Assembly: GCF_009914755.1 (NCBI RefSeq)
Contig: NC_060942.1
Direction: 5' to 3' (one strand)
Length of the DNA: 64,000 nt
Source of the DNA: the human T2T-CHM13v2.0 reference genome, Homo sapiens
Of this stretch, positions 1 through 20,250 are shown in pieces; positions within the stretch are counted from its first letter, which is position 1; each line of letters starts with the position of its first letter. The translations under genes were made by a program, and so were the position numbers. The notes beneath the pieces are model-generated. The model made no database searches, had not been told where the DNA came from, and saw only the letters and a list, made by a program, of their open reading frames with translations.

Positions 1-257
1 GGAAATGCCTTTTTTAATCCCAGTAAAATGGGTAATAATGGCTATCCAGAACAGTTTTCTTGTGTGGCTTGCATATTGAAGAATTCTAAAGGAAAATATA
101 TCTGCCTACCATGCTTGCTCTTAGGGAAGAAAACTTAAATGCTCATTCTAGGATAGTAACAACAACAGATAATTCATCGATAATATGAGCATGCACAGTA
201 TTTGATATTGCTCTGTAGGAAAAAAGAGACTTCATTTTTTTCATCTTCTGCCTATGA

Positions 258-879
<622 letters not shown>

Positions 880-2197
880 TAATTCTGAATATAATTTAAT
901 AATTTTAAAATGGTCGCAATGGCATTGCCATTTGGAGTATGGGAAAATGCAGTTGGTTAATTCATTGAACAGATTAGTAAAGTCAGAAGTCTTTTTCATA
1001 ACATACGGTCACAATTCCTTTCTTTTAATTAAAGACAAAAGGTTTATGGGTTTTGGTTTGTTTGTTTTAGATATGGGGTTTTGCTATGTCACCCTTGCTG
1101 GAGGGCGGTGGCTGTTCACAGGCGTGGGTCATAGAGCACTGCAGCCTGGAACTCCTGGGTTCAAGCTCTCCTCCTGCCTCAGCCTCCTGAGCAGCTTGGA
1201 CTAAAGGTGTGCACCACCGCACCTGGCTGAGAGGCTTCTGTTTTTCATGTTCCCTTTATCAAAACAAAATCACGCCTAAACATACTCTCTGTGTGAAATC
1301 TTGATTTTAGTTCAACCTAAGAAATATAATAAATATAAACCTGTTTCTTGCTTAGTGTTTATTGAAGGCAGGAACGTATGCTGAATTAAAGTAATTTTAC
1401 TACGAAGTTTGCTTATTAAGTATGCCTGGTACAGTCTTCATGGAAGTTATTAAGTATTTTAAGGAAAAAAATAGGCTAAATGGCATATAGCCTGCTTAAA
1501 TAAAATAATTCTATTTTTTTAAAAAGCTCCCAATTGTCATTGTTATTTACCAGTCAATCTTTCAACAAGTATCAATTATTGGATGTAAATTAAAGTAAAA
1601 TTGCTTAATATTTAAGCTAAGAATACAGGAAGGACTATGAGCATTGAGGAAATCGGGGGAGGCCAGAATGGCATCAAGCTGGAAAAGAAATTAAAACATT
1701 ACCTTCGATGAGACTTTACCTAGCAAGAAGGTAATTATTTTGAATAACAGCAATAGAGAATCTTTTATTTTGAATTGAGAAGAAATTCTGATGATTAGAG
1801 TGTCAGTAAGTAGTAGGAAAAGGTAAGAATACATGTGTTTCTAATCTCCCACCACCACCTGTTGTATGGAACAAATTGGATTACTAGCAAGGGTAAGGTT
1901 TATTGACAATGAGAAGTTTTAGTCCAAGATTTTAGTTAAAATATTTTAAAATTTTTTGATTCATAACCAAGAAGTTGCCTCAGATCACTGTGAAGCTTTA
2001 AAATGCAGGTGCCTTTGCTCCTCCTCCCTCCAGGCCCCCGGGGGCAGAGCCCTGGCTGGTGTCTCTTCAGGAGGACCCCTGACACACCGATTCTGCCCTC
2101 ACAATCACTGCCTTAAAGCAGGCAGCAGAATCTTTTGGAGAACTAACAAGATTCTGATGCTGATGCATAGGGCCTGGGGTGGGGCCTCAGATTCTGC

Positions 2198-2207
2198 TTT
2201 TTTTTTC

Positions 2208-2238
<31 letters not shown>

Positions 2239-2529
2239 CAGGGTCTCTTTCTTTTTCCTTTCTCACTCAGGCTGCAGTGAGTGGCGTGATCTTGGCTCAC
2301 TGCAACCTCCACCTCCTGGGCTCAAACGATCCTCCCGCCTCAGCCTCCTGAGTAGCTGGGACTATAGGCGCAAGTCTATGCAACCACCCAGCTAATTTTT
2401 GTATTTTTAGAAGAGTGGGGGTTTTGCCACGTTGCCTGGGCTGGTCTCGAACTCCTGACCTCAAGTGATCCAACCACCTCAGCCTCCCAAAGTGCTGGAA
2501 TTACAGGCATGAGCCACTGCACCCAGCCA
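2198..2529 (-). mobile_element. Alu (older, AluJ-like)
   Basis: Poly(T) followed by a diverged antisense Alu body ending GAGCCACTGCACCCAGCC. Confidence 0.9.
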
Positions 2530-3336
2530 AGAATGTCCACTTCTGACAAGCTCCCAGGTGATGCCTATGCTGCTGGTACAGTGAACAACATGCTGAGAGG
2601 CATTGCTCCAGGATACTGCATGTAGTGAGCAGTTCTTTAGCGTTTATGTGTCATATACTTCAAGTTACATGAAAAAGATCAACTGAAATTATGTTCTTAC
2701 ACAGAATAGTTTTCATCTAGTTTTATTATGTTTTTACAGGCTGTTTACAAGAACAAAAATAGAGAATTTTTGAACATATTTTTCTGAAAACATAAAAACT
2801 AGAATACTCTTTAATTCTAAATTATAGATTTGTAGCATACTTAGTAAACTTAGTAACCAATTTTCATTTGTAAAAGATTAGCTATCAAATGGACATTTAT
2901 TTCTCTTAGTTTTCTTATGACATGACTTGCCTTATATCCTTTGTCCTTTTTCTGTAACTTGTCAGCCTCTGGAGAAATAGGATTTTACATTTTTGCAAAT
3001 GAGTTGCCAATGAATTAAGATCAAAACGTCATTATTAAGGAGTATGAAGCATTATTTACTGGCTCTCAGATAACAGAAAACCCAAAAGGGATGGTGGCGG
3101 AGTGAAGAAAGCCTTGCCTTGGGAAAAATACTTCAAATGCTCCCATAGTTTTTTTTCCTCAAGCCCAGTCAGTATCCTTCAAGGATAACTTTTTCATACC
3201 TTTTTTTTGGTTTGTTTGTTTCTGCTAGCTTTATGACAGAGGTTATAATATTCTTTTCTCCTCTCTTCTTTGACGTGTTACGTTGTCTTTTTTTTTTTTT
3301 TTTAACTTCTTCATACTCTTAAAAAGCTCCAGAATG

Positions 3337-3630
3337 GCCAGGCGCAGTGGCTCACGCCTATAATCCCAGCACTTTGGGAGGCCAAGGCAGGCGGATCACG
3401 AGGTCAGGAGATCAAGACCATCCTGGCTGACACGGTGAAACCCCGTCTCTACTAAAAATACAAAAACTTAGCCAGGCGTGGTGGCGGGCGCCTGTAGTCC
3501 CAGGTACTCGGGAGTCTGAGGAGTGAACCCGGGAGGTGGAGGTTGCAGTGAGCTGAGATCGCACCGCTGCACTCCAGTCTGGGCGACAGAGCGAGCCTCC
3601 ATCTCAAAAAAAAAAAAAAAAAAAAAAAAA
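3337..3630 (+). mobile_element. Alu (CpG-rich, AluY-like)
   Basis: GGCCAGGCGCAGTGGCTCACGCC...GAGATCAAGACCATCCTGGCTGACACGG..., long A tail, and the flanking repeat AAAAAGCTCCAG/AAAATCTCCAG. Confidence 0.95.
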
Positions 3631-4819
3631 TCTCCAGGGTTCTGTTGAATTCACCAAAATGGGGTCAGCTCTGGTGAGCCTATGTAATACTCGAGAACAT
3701 TAATATAAACCCATAGCTCTTTACTGGGCTTCCATTTAAAGGGAAGTCCTAAGAATGAAATGGCACCAGCATCCTGTTTCCATCCAAGACAAGACCACAC
3801 GTGTTCAGGTGCCATGTATTCATATAGCTCTCAACTGATTGGTGATTTGCACTTTGTGCATCTAATTATTAAAATGAAACTCTCTACAGGTGAGCTGAAG
3901 TAACATACTTCATATTTAAAAAGTTCACAGCAATTTGACCATAGAAAACTTTCTCATCTGAAATCAGGGTAAGTTTTTTTAATGTAAGCAGAGAAAAAAA
4001 TAAAGCAGTGTTTTATTTCAAATTTCAGTAAGTTCAGGTGGGCCTAATTAAGACATGACTATTATTACAAATCCTATTCTTGCCAGAAGTTACTTAGATA
4101 GATTAGTGATTAGATTTTAAAAACATTATTTTCCTTTCTTGAATAAGGAAAATTGTGCATCTCAAAGAGAAAAGTAAATATGGAAATATGTTCATAGTTC
4201 AGTTGCATAAAATAGACACATTAAGTCAAGTGATTTGAATGCTTAGTGTCTTTTGGTAAACAGCATTTTGTCAACAAACTTTTCATATGGCTATAGAATC
4301 TTGTTTTTTCCAAATAAAAACTTTGCAATTGGGAGTTATTCCTCCATTCAGCACACTTTTTAATGTTAAGACTAGGGGAAACTTGTGGGTATATATTCAG
4401 TGGTTTTCAGGATTTTCTTTTATGTTCTAGAAAAGTAATTTTTCCTTTCCTAGTTTTAAGTATATATTCAAGCAAATCGTTGATTCCTATACAGCCATTG
4501 GATTATCACCAACACATTTGGTATATACAGTGGGCCGATAATGACAAACTAAAGTTTGTGGTTAATACCTACTCTATACCAGACACTGTTCTAAGGATCC
4601 GACATATTTAATCCTCTGTTTACCCTCTGTTTCTGTGCCTGATTTACAGACAGAGACAGAGGCACAGAGAGGTTAAATGACTTGTCAAAGGTCTTATGAT
4701 GTGTGGCAGAGCCTGGGTTTTTAGCTCAAACCCCTCTCAGTGAAGAAAGCCTTCTGTGTAGGCAATTTCATCTAATACCTTCATGAATTGTTACTTCAGA
4801 TGAGAATTCTCACTTATTC

Positions 4820-5123
4820 TTTTTTTTTTTTTTTTTTCTTTTCTTTGAGACAGCCTTGCTCTGTCTCCCAGGCTGGAGTGCAGTGGCGCAATCTCAGCTC
4901 ACTGCAAGCTCCGCCTCCCGGGTTATGCCATTCTCCTGCCTCAGCCTTCCGAGTAGCTCGGACTACAGGCGCCCGCCACCTCGCCCAGCTAATTTTTTGT
5001 ATTTTTAGTAGAGACGGGGTTTCACCGTGTTAGCCAGGATGGTCTCGATCTCCTGACCTCATGATCCACCCGCCTCGGCCTCCCAAAGTGCTGGGATTAC
5101 AGGCGTGAGCCACCGCGCCCGGC
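4820..5123 (-). mobile_element. Alu (AluY-like)
   Basis: Antisense Alu with GCAAGCTCCGCC and CACCGTGTTAGCCAGGATGG diagnostics; TSD-like CTCACTTATTCTTTT / CTCACTTAGTCTTTT. Confidence 0.95.
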
Positions 5124-6494
5124 CTCACTTAGTCTTTTACCAGTTCATCTGATTTTTACTTTGTTCCCATTTATAATTCAAATATAATATAAACGTCTTA
5201 TTCATTTAGTCTTCAGCATTTTAAGTATTCGACACGAACATTAAAGATTTGGTGTTGAATTTAATAAATTACACCAAAAAGTCTCAGTAGCCAATTCACT
5301 AACATCTTTTGATTTGGTAATCTTCACAGAATCAACAACTGTTAACACTTCTGTGCAAATAAATTTCAGTTGTGCTTATATATTATAATATTCACTTTAG
5401 GAATCCACCTGTCAATTTGCAATTCAATTATAAGGTATATTTTAAGTGATATCTATGTATTGTATACACATATTCCATTGAAAGGTGAGAATAATTAGAA
5501 AGTAGTAATATAAAAATGTGTATGAAATAAGAACTTTCTTAAAAGACCTAGTTTAGCTAAATATATGACAATATAAAATGTCTGCCCAATGTTTGATTAT
5601 ACTTTGTCTAATGACCTTTAAATTTAACTGAAATTAAAACCGTACTTTTGCAGTTGATATTTTTGTGTTCCCTTTGTTAACATACCAAGCACTAATTATT
5701 GACTTCAAGGAAGCCACGTATTGCAAGTCATTGCTTAGCCTTTCACATCTGAGTGTTGATAAGATGACGGAATGGGTAGTCTTGTAGTAATTGCTTATGG
5801 GAATGCTAGTTTAAGAGGAATGCCTTGTATAGAACATATTATACCAGATTGACTTGTTAAAAATGGTTCCAAGAATCAGTCTAAAAACTTCAGAATTATG
5901 TGAATTATTTTTTCTCTGTTGTGATATGTTGTAATGAGATGTGTGTTCTTATATTTTCTTAGTAAAATTTTCTTAAGCATAAAATGCTTTATGATCTTGT
6001 TTTTAAAGGCTCTGTGTATAGGACACTTTTAAAACTTGGTAATATAAACCTTAACACACACTCTCTCTCTTTCTCTCTCTCTCCAGAATACTTGATCTCT
6101 TGGGAATGTATTGTTGGACTTAAATTCACCTATGGAGTACTAGTTTTGCTCCTCATCTTTTCATTCCCTTTTGTTGAGCTCCCTACCCTATTCCTCTCCT
6201 TACTTGATTTAATTATGATACTAAAGGAATTCTCTATCGCCTTTTCTTCTCCCCACTTCTCACACGCAAACACCAAGACCCTAATGTTAAGATACTAAAT
6301 CAGGAGAGACTATGTTGATTTTGTGATGAAGGGGGGAATTATATAATAACAAATACCTACTGAGACCCTCAGATAAAAGTTCTTTTTTTGCCTCAGGATT
6401 CATGAATAGCTCCCAGGAGTCCACGAAGCCCCTGAAATAATACATGATCCTATGCTTGTGTCTCTTGGAGAGAGAGAGTCCATCACCTTCATGA

Positions 6495-6719
<225 letters not shown>

Positions 6720-7419
6720 TGACAACTCCATCATACTTCTTTATTGGGAGGGCTGGCATGGTGAAAGGCCCCAACTTGCATGGAGGCTGAAATAGGTAGC
6801 CAGACCAATAAAGGCCTATCGTTGCCTCTATAGCAAATAACACCTAGATACCTCAGCAAGAGCAGTGGGTCAGCAGCACCTCCTTCCCCAAATACAACTG
6901 CTCTGTTCTTGAATCCTGAACAGTGTGGACCTCAAATACCACCTGGTCTGTGTCTAAACTGAATAGAATACAACTTCAAAAACAAATGATTTTCTTTCTC
7001 AAGCTGATCTAAAAATTACACTTACAACCTCGCAGATCTCCAACTGCTGGGAATATAAGTAACTACCATCCCCAATTGCTGCGCTCTGAAATTCATCATG
7101 GCTTTCACATGGAAGCCATGCCTCCTGTGGGCTGCTCTTAGCCAGTGACTTCTCACAGCAGGGATGGTATGACAGGCCTATTCCTGGAAGACAGGAGAGT
7201 CCTCTGATGCATAGCTTTAGCTCAAGCCCTGCCCCGTGGCCTTGCCAAGCTCAGAACTGTACTTCAACCTAAGGCACTTCTTCACTCAACCTCTCTTTCT
7301 TTCCTCTCTCTTTCACTTGGGATCAGATCTGTATGACGCTATGAAGGCTCTTGCAGGCTCTTCCTGGCTCCCTCCCCACCTTCACAGACATTTCTTCTCA
7401 TATAAATTACTTGCATATC

Positions 7420-10060
<2,641 letters not shown>

Positions 10061-10796
10061 ATTGTAGCTATTGTAACAGATCATCTGTCCCAATTTCACT
10101 TAGAAAAGAGTCACTACAGATTTGGAAGGATAGTATTTAAAAATGCTATCAAGAAGGGTATGGAAATAGTTCATTTGAGTGAAATCCAAGTGCCACTATC
10201 ACACACACACACACAATGTAGAATGAACTGAGGAAGAAGCAGGCTTAGATGAAGAAAGCAAAAGTTCTGTTTGGGTCAGTTAAGTTTGAGGTGTGTATTA
10301 GACACGTTTTGGGTGACACTTGACATTCAACTCTGTTATTTTGGAGTGATTTCTCACTATGTGTGGTGTTGCAGGGGATAAGGTGTTCTGTCCTCCTCTA
10401 TAGAAGCCAAAGCTGGTGTGGGGAGGATCCGTCTGCTCCCTACCTCATGGCAACCAAGAACAGAGGCCAGTATCTACTGGTGTTGTGTCCATGGCAATGC
10501 CCTAAGAAGGCTCTGAGGCAAGACCTTGACTGTGGTTCCTGCTGCCTCCATTAGCTCATGTTTTCTGTCAGTTCTGTGGATTATCCAGTTTCCTTTCAGT
10601 CTGCTTAAATTAGCCAAAATTAACTTCTGTTCTAGTAACCAACAATTCTAACTGACATCGAATGAAGAAGATCTTAGCTGTTTATAAGGGTGTATATATT
10701 AGATCATTCAACCAGACTTTATGCAAAATGAGGACAGGAGTTGTGTTTTTTATTTTATATAGTCTCAAAATCTCTTTCTCACCCAGTCCAGGGCTC

Positions 10797-10909
10797 TTTC
10801 TCTCTTTCTTTCTTTCCTTCTTTCCTTCCTTCCTTCCTTCCTTCCTTCCTTCCTTCCTTCCTTCCTTCCTTCCTTCCTTCCTTCTTTCCTCCCTCCCTCC
10901 CTCCCTCCC

Positions 10910-10953
<44 letters not shown>

Positions 10954-10975
10954 TCCTTCTTTCTTTCTTTCTTTT
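10797..10975. repeat. Compound (TTTC)n/(TTCC)n/(CCCT)n microsatellite, an essentially pure pyrimidine tract
   Basis: Read directly from the sequence. Confidence 0.97.
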
Positions 10976-11084
10976 GACTAGTCAAGCACAATAGTGAGAA
11001 GGGGGTAAAGAGTAGAACAAGGAGCTGAATCTGTAACTGACTGTGAACAATCTATTGAGGTTAATCATTACCTTTGGACCAGTA
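10976..11084 (-). pseudogene. Y1 RNA (RNY1-like) processed pseudogene
   Basis: The reverse complement reads CTGGTCCAAAGGTAATGATTAACCTCAATAGATTGTTCACAGTCAGTTACAGATTCAGCTCCTTGTTCTACTCTTTACCCCCTTCTCACTATTGTGCTTGACTAGTC, collinear with hY1. A 15-bp TSD CAGGGCTCTTTCTCT lies at 10789-10803 and 11085-11099. Confidence 0.93.
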
Positions 11085-11732
11085 CAGGGCTCTTTCTCTA
11101 CTCTATAGGTTTAAGCAGTGCTTGATTTCACATAATCAAATGATCAACAATTTCTGACTATAATTTGAAAGAAAAATAGTGATGAAGCCTGCCATGTTAG
11201 CAGTTTGTTGGCTCTAAAACTTGCCTACTACTTTTTTACTAATTTGTAATCAAAGGCACTATTTTCCCGCTTCATTCTATGTTAATTACCTCTGTAGACA
11301 AAGTTCATTTACTGATTCTAGGAGACCACTATTATATTACATGTAGATTACCTCTAAGCAGAGAGCAAGAGAGAAAAGAGAAAGCAGCTTTCTCTTATCT
11401 GTATAAATTATAGTATTAGATGTGTTAAGTATCACTTTGAAATGACTTAAATTTGAATAACACATTACAAAGCATTTCAACAAGCACCATTTAGTCCTTA
11501 TAGCAAAAGTTTAAGGCAAAAAGAGCAATTATTAACCTCATTCTACCAATAAAAAAAAAGAGGCTCTGAAAAGTTAAATGACCACCTGATCCAGGTCACT
11601 CAAATACAATGGGACAAAATCAAGATTTAAATTGTATTTTGACGGAAAAGTCCATGTGGTTAAGCAATGAAAAAAGACAAATGAAAAATTGGGTAAAAGA
11701 TGTGCAACTTATTTCATAGTTAAAAAGTTATT

Positions 11733-14310
<2,578 letters not shown>

Positions 14311-15052
14311 CCCCTCTAGTGAGTCCTTCTTTCTTTCCTTCCTTCCTTCCTTCCTTGAAATGAATAGAATAACATATAAAAGAACTCCAATATGTCTGGC
14401 AGGAGATTTCTCTGTGGAAAACTTACAGACCAGGAGAGAATTGCATGATGTATTTAAAGTGCTGAAGGAAAAATGCTTTTATCCTAGAATATTGTATCCA
14501 ATGAAAATATTCAAAAATGAAGGAGAAATAAAGATTTTTCCAGAAAAACAAAAGCTGAGGAATTTTGTCAACACTGCACCTGTCCTAAAAGAAATGCTAA
14601 AGGGAATTCTTCAATCTGAAAGAAAAGGATGTTAACAAGCAATAACATATCATCTGGGCCAGGCATGGTGGTTCACACCTGTAATCCTAACACTTTGGGA
14701 GGCTGAGGTGGGAGGTTGAGCCCAGGAGTTCGAGACCAGCCTGGGCAACATGGTGAATCCCTGTCTCTACAAAAAATACAAAAATTAGCTGGGTGTGGTG
14801 GTGTGCAGCTGTAGTCCCAGCTACTTGGGAAGCTGAGGCAGGAGAATCGCTTGAGCCCAGGAGGCAGAGCAGTGAGCCGAGATAGCACCATTACACTCCA
14901 GCCTGGGCAATGGGAGTGAAACCCTGTCTCAAAAAATAAAAAAAAAAAAGATATCATCTGAAGGTAGGAAACTCACTGGTAACAGTAAGTACACAGACAA
15001 ATGCAGAATATTATAACACTGAAACTGTGTTCTTAAATTCAAGACCTAGAAC

Positions 15053-15508
15053 TGTTACCGACCTCGATCCCTGGTGGACTGAACAAAGAGAGTGAATGCG
15101 GGAATAAAGACAAAGACAAATAAAGACAAAGACAAACAAGTATGTTTGGAAGAAGGGGTCGGGGGCACCTTGCTTCTAGTGGACAAGGACCCAGACTTTC
15201 TACAGCCCTTCGTATTTATTGGTAAAAGAGATAGTGAGAAGTGGGGTGGCAGAAAAGGTCAGGTGCTCGGTCCACAGTGGGCTTGCAAAACTGCATTCCT
15301 CGAACAATAGGCTCTAGATGTCCCAGTAGATAACCTCAAGGAGCCCGGTGCCAGGCAGTGACCACCCTCAGCAAACCTTCTGGTGGCAGGCACAGTGTGA
15401 GTTTGCCCACATCCTGCATTCATGATAAACAGTTTGCTGTTTGATCATATAGCCTCCAGTGGAATGCTGAGTTGGTCATGATACCTTTGGCCTTTTCAGC
15501 TCCCAACA
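15053..15508 (-). mobile_element. Solo LTR of the ERVK class, resembling LTR3 (HML-6)
   Basis: TG...CA termini and a perfect 6-bp TSD TAGAAC (15047-15052, 15509-15514). The minus strand begins TGTTGGGAGCTGAAAAGGCCAAAGG...CCAACTCAGCATTCCACTGGAGGCTATATGATCAAACAGC. Confidence 0.85.
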
Positions 15509-16013
15509 TAGAACTAGGGAAACTACTAAAAGAAAACACTGAGGACACTCTCCAGGACAATGATCTGGACAAAGAGTTCTTGAGTAATACCCAAAAAGTA
15601 CAGGCGACCAGAGCAAAAATGGACAAATGAGATCACATCAAGTTAAAAAGTTTCTGGCACAGCAAAGGAAACAACCAACAAAGTGAAGAGGAACCCACAG
15701 AGTGGGAGAAAATATTTGCAAACTACCCATCTGACAGAGGATTAATAACCAGAATTTATAAGGAACTCAACAACTCTACAGGAAAAAATCTAATCAATTA
15801 AAAATGAGCTAAAAGTCTTAATAGGACTTCTCTCAAAAGAAGACATACAGATGGTCAAGAGGTCTATAAAAAGGTGGTCAACATCATTGATCATCAGAGA
15901 AATGCAAATTAAAACTACAATAAGATATCATCTAACCCCAGTTCAAATTGCTTCTATCCCAAAGAAAGACAATAATGAATGCTGGCAAGGATGTGCAGAA
16001 AGAGGAACCCTTA

Positions 16014-16426
<413 letters not shown>

Positions 16427-16862
16427 ATCACAGAACAGGGGAAAATCCCATTTACCCTGATGTGATTATTACCCATTGTATGCCTGTATCAAAATATTTC
16501 ATGTACCTCATAAATACATATACTTACCATGGACCCATAAAAATAAAAAAATTTAAAAATTTAAAAAGTTATAAGAGAATTAGGAAATTTGAACAGTCAC
16601 TGCATATTTGATGATATTAAGGAATTATTTTCTTATTTTTATAATATAATGATATTATGGTTCTATTCTTAAAGTCCTTATCTTTTATATATATTTACAT
16701 ACTACAATGCTGACCATCATTATATTGTGATGAGATTTTTTTAAAGGGTCCTTAAATGTTCATAGAGGTATTTATGAATAAAATGATATTTTGCCTGGAA
16801 TTTGCTAAAAAATAATCCAGGGTTTTGTTTTTGTTGTTGTTGTTGCCTTTGGAGAGAGATGG

Positions 16863-17265
16863 TGATACTGTGGATGGTTGTCCTCTCCAAATCTCATGTT
16901 GAAATGTGATCCCCAGTGTTGGAGGTGGGGCCTAGAGGGAGGTGTCAGATCATGGGGGTGCATCCCTCATGAATGTCTTAGTGCCATGCCCTTGGTGATG
17001 ACTGAGTTCTCACTCTATTAGTTCACTGGGGAGCTGGTTACTTAAAAGAAGCCTTGCCCCTCCTCCTCGCTGCCTCAGTATGTGACATGCCTGCTCCCTC
17101 TTTACCTTGCCATGATTGTAAACTTCCTGAGGCCCTCACCAGAAGCAGATGCCGGCAGCCACTTTCTGTACAGCCTGTAAAACTGGGGGCCAAAATAAAC
17201 CTCTTTTCTTTATAAATTACCCAGTCTCAGGTATTTTTTTATAGCAATGCAAATGGACTAATACA
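16863..17265 (+). mobile_element. MST-family (MaLR) solo LTR
   Basis: TG start, CAAATCTCATGTTGAAATGTGATCCCCAGTGTTGGAGGTGGGGCC, then AATAAACCTCTTTTCTTTATAAATTACCCAGTCTCAGGTATT...GGACTAATACA end. Confidence 0.88.
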
Positions 17266-17536
17266 GAGGAATTATAGGTGTAACAAGATGGATCAGATGT
17301 TGCTAACTGTTGAAGTTTAGTGATGATTGTATGTAAAGGTTCATTCATAATTTTCTCAACTTTTATATGTTTGAAATTTCCCATGATAGAAAATTTTTTA
17401 AATGAACAAACAGTTCTATCCACTATTCTCTAAAAGTGTGATAACCTCTGAGAAGGGAGTAGGAAGCTTTGATGGATGGGCAGAAATAAGTCCTAGCCAG
17501 GTCTATGGAGAATACTGCTCTGGGAGATCCCTAGCT

Positions 17537-17879
17537 CAGGAGTCTTAAACCCCTGGGCTGCAAACCAGTAAGGTCTGTGGCCTGTTAGGAACTGGGCCAC
17601 ACAGCAGAAGGTGAGCGGCAGGCCAGCAAGCATTATTGCCTGAGCTCTGCCTCCTGTCAGGTCAGCTGGGGCATCAGATTCTCATAGACCTGTGACCCCT
17701 ATTGTGAACTGCACATGGGAGGGATCTGGGTTGCATGCTTCTTATGAGAATCTAACTAATGCCTGATGATCTGAGATGGAACAGTTTCATCCCAAAACTC
17801 TATGCCCACCCCCTGCTCCCAAGGAAAAGTTATCTTCCATGAAACTGGTACCTGGTGCCAAAAAGGTTGGGGACTGTTG
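17537..17879. mobile_element. MER1B-like hAT DNA transposon
   Basis: GTGGCCTGTTAGGAACTGGGCCACACAGCAG...CCTGGTGCCAAAAAGGTTGGGGACTG is typical of MER1. Confidence 0.85.
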
Positions 17880-18190
17880 TCCTCGCTGATTGTGATCAAG
17901 ACCAAGCTGTAGAATGCTATGTGTCTTCTTAAGGAACTTTTAGCTAGGCAAGTGTCAGGAGAGATAAGTCCAAGTTCCAGTGTTCAATGCTTTGTTAATT
18001 TAGACCCCACTTGACCAAGTCCATTTTATTTTTTTTATTTCCACATTAATTCAAGTGTCATCATCCTACAAGATTCAGCTCAAATCCTACCTCTTCCTCA
18101 CTCATCTCTTAGCTAGTGATCTCCCTTTTTCCATATCCTTTTAAGTGGATTGTTTCCTGACTGAGTGTAGGCTCCTTAAAACCAGGGACC

Positions 18191-19199
<1,009 letters not shown>

Positions 19200-19559
19200 T
19201 AATCGCCACGTGCCCGTTCTGTATACAGCCAGCCTGGGTTTTTCAATCCCACGTCCGCTACCTAAGAGAACACCAAGGCTTGGAGTGAGTATGGCACAAT
19301 CAGCTTCAGATGTTAAGCAAATATTCCAACCTAGAGTAGGAAAATGGAATATGGACGGGGCTTTATGAAGGTGCATGGTCAGGCAAAGGATCTTAGTGGA
19401 TGAAAGACAGTAAAGATTCATCCCAACCAAAGACCAAAAATGACACATATGTATGAGCAAAACATCAGGAAGAACACTCTTATGTGGAAAATATTACACG
19501 GAAAACAAAAGAAGAGTAACTTTTTCCCTTTTGGTTTATCCCGCTCTGGTCCTCAGGGC

Positions 19560-20250
19560 GATAGCTACCACCTGACACACAGCGACCTGGGAAAGAGGGA
19601 AACTCAATCACTGCCCTCGCGGCCCGGGGGGAGCCCGGAAGCGCGCCCAGAGCCAGGTCCCGCGCGGGCGCCACCGAGCGCGGACCTCCCTCGCATCCTA
19701 GAGCGGCCGCGCGGGACCCGGCCGGCGGCGCACTTCCGCCCGGGCGCATTGTAGCCCCGCGGACAGCTGGGCCAGGGTGCGGGCCTGCGCCTCCCTCGGC
19801 TCCTGGCGCGGGCCTCGGGGAGAGGGTGAGTGCGGTAGGGCATACCAGAGGGGGGCGGGCGCGCTTCCTCGGGACTCGCCGGCTCGACCAGGCACGGCCC
19901 GGCGCTGGGGACCTAAGCCTGGGGAGCGCCCGGGAGCGAGGACGCGCCTCGTTCACCGCCCCGGGCCGGAGTCTCGGCGGGCCGGAGCCTCGGCCGCCCG
20001 GCGCCGCCGCCCACCCAGCCTTTTTCGAGGCCAACACGGTCTCGTGGGGGAGCCTGGGCTCTCTGGAGGCCGGAAATCTGGCCTCTGGCCCTGCCTGTGC
20101 CTTGGCCTCTTACTCTCTGCCGCCCGGCCTCGGTTCTTTCAGCTCTAAGATGGAGGACAGCGATATCTGCCCTAGGCACACCACAGGGTGATTGCAGGGT
20201 TGACACTGCCTGCCTGAAAACGAAGGAGCGCCGGTTCTCAACCCGGCAAC
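19560..20250 (+). promoter_or_regulatory. ELAC1: CpG-island, TATA-less promoter of ELAC1
   Basis: An abrupt GC/CpG-rich block with a NotI site (19703-19710), an ETS/GABP-type CACTTCCG (19731-19738) and a GC box GGGGCGGG near 19852. Boundaries are approximate. Confidence 0.9.
19735..19825 (+). other. ELAC1: ELAC1 exon 1 (non-coding; start approximate)
   Basis: Strong donor AGG|GTGAGT at 19825/19826 within the CpG island. The exon has no ATG. The TSS is inferred, not seen. Confidence 0.75.

Noticed and set aside
10662-10994. Low-complexity ORFs (PSFL / KEGR repeats)
   Set aside because: These are reading frames through the pyrimidine microsatellite.
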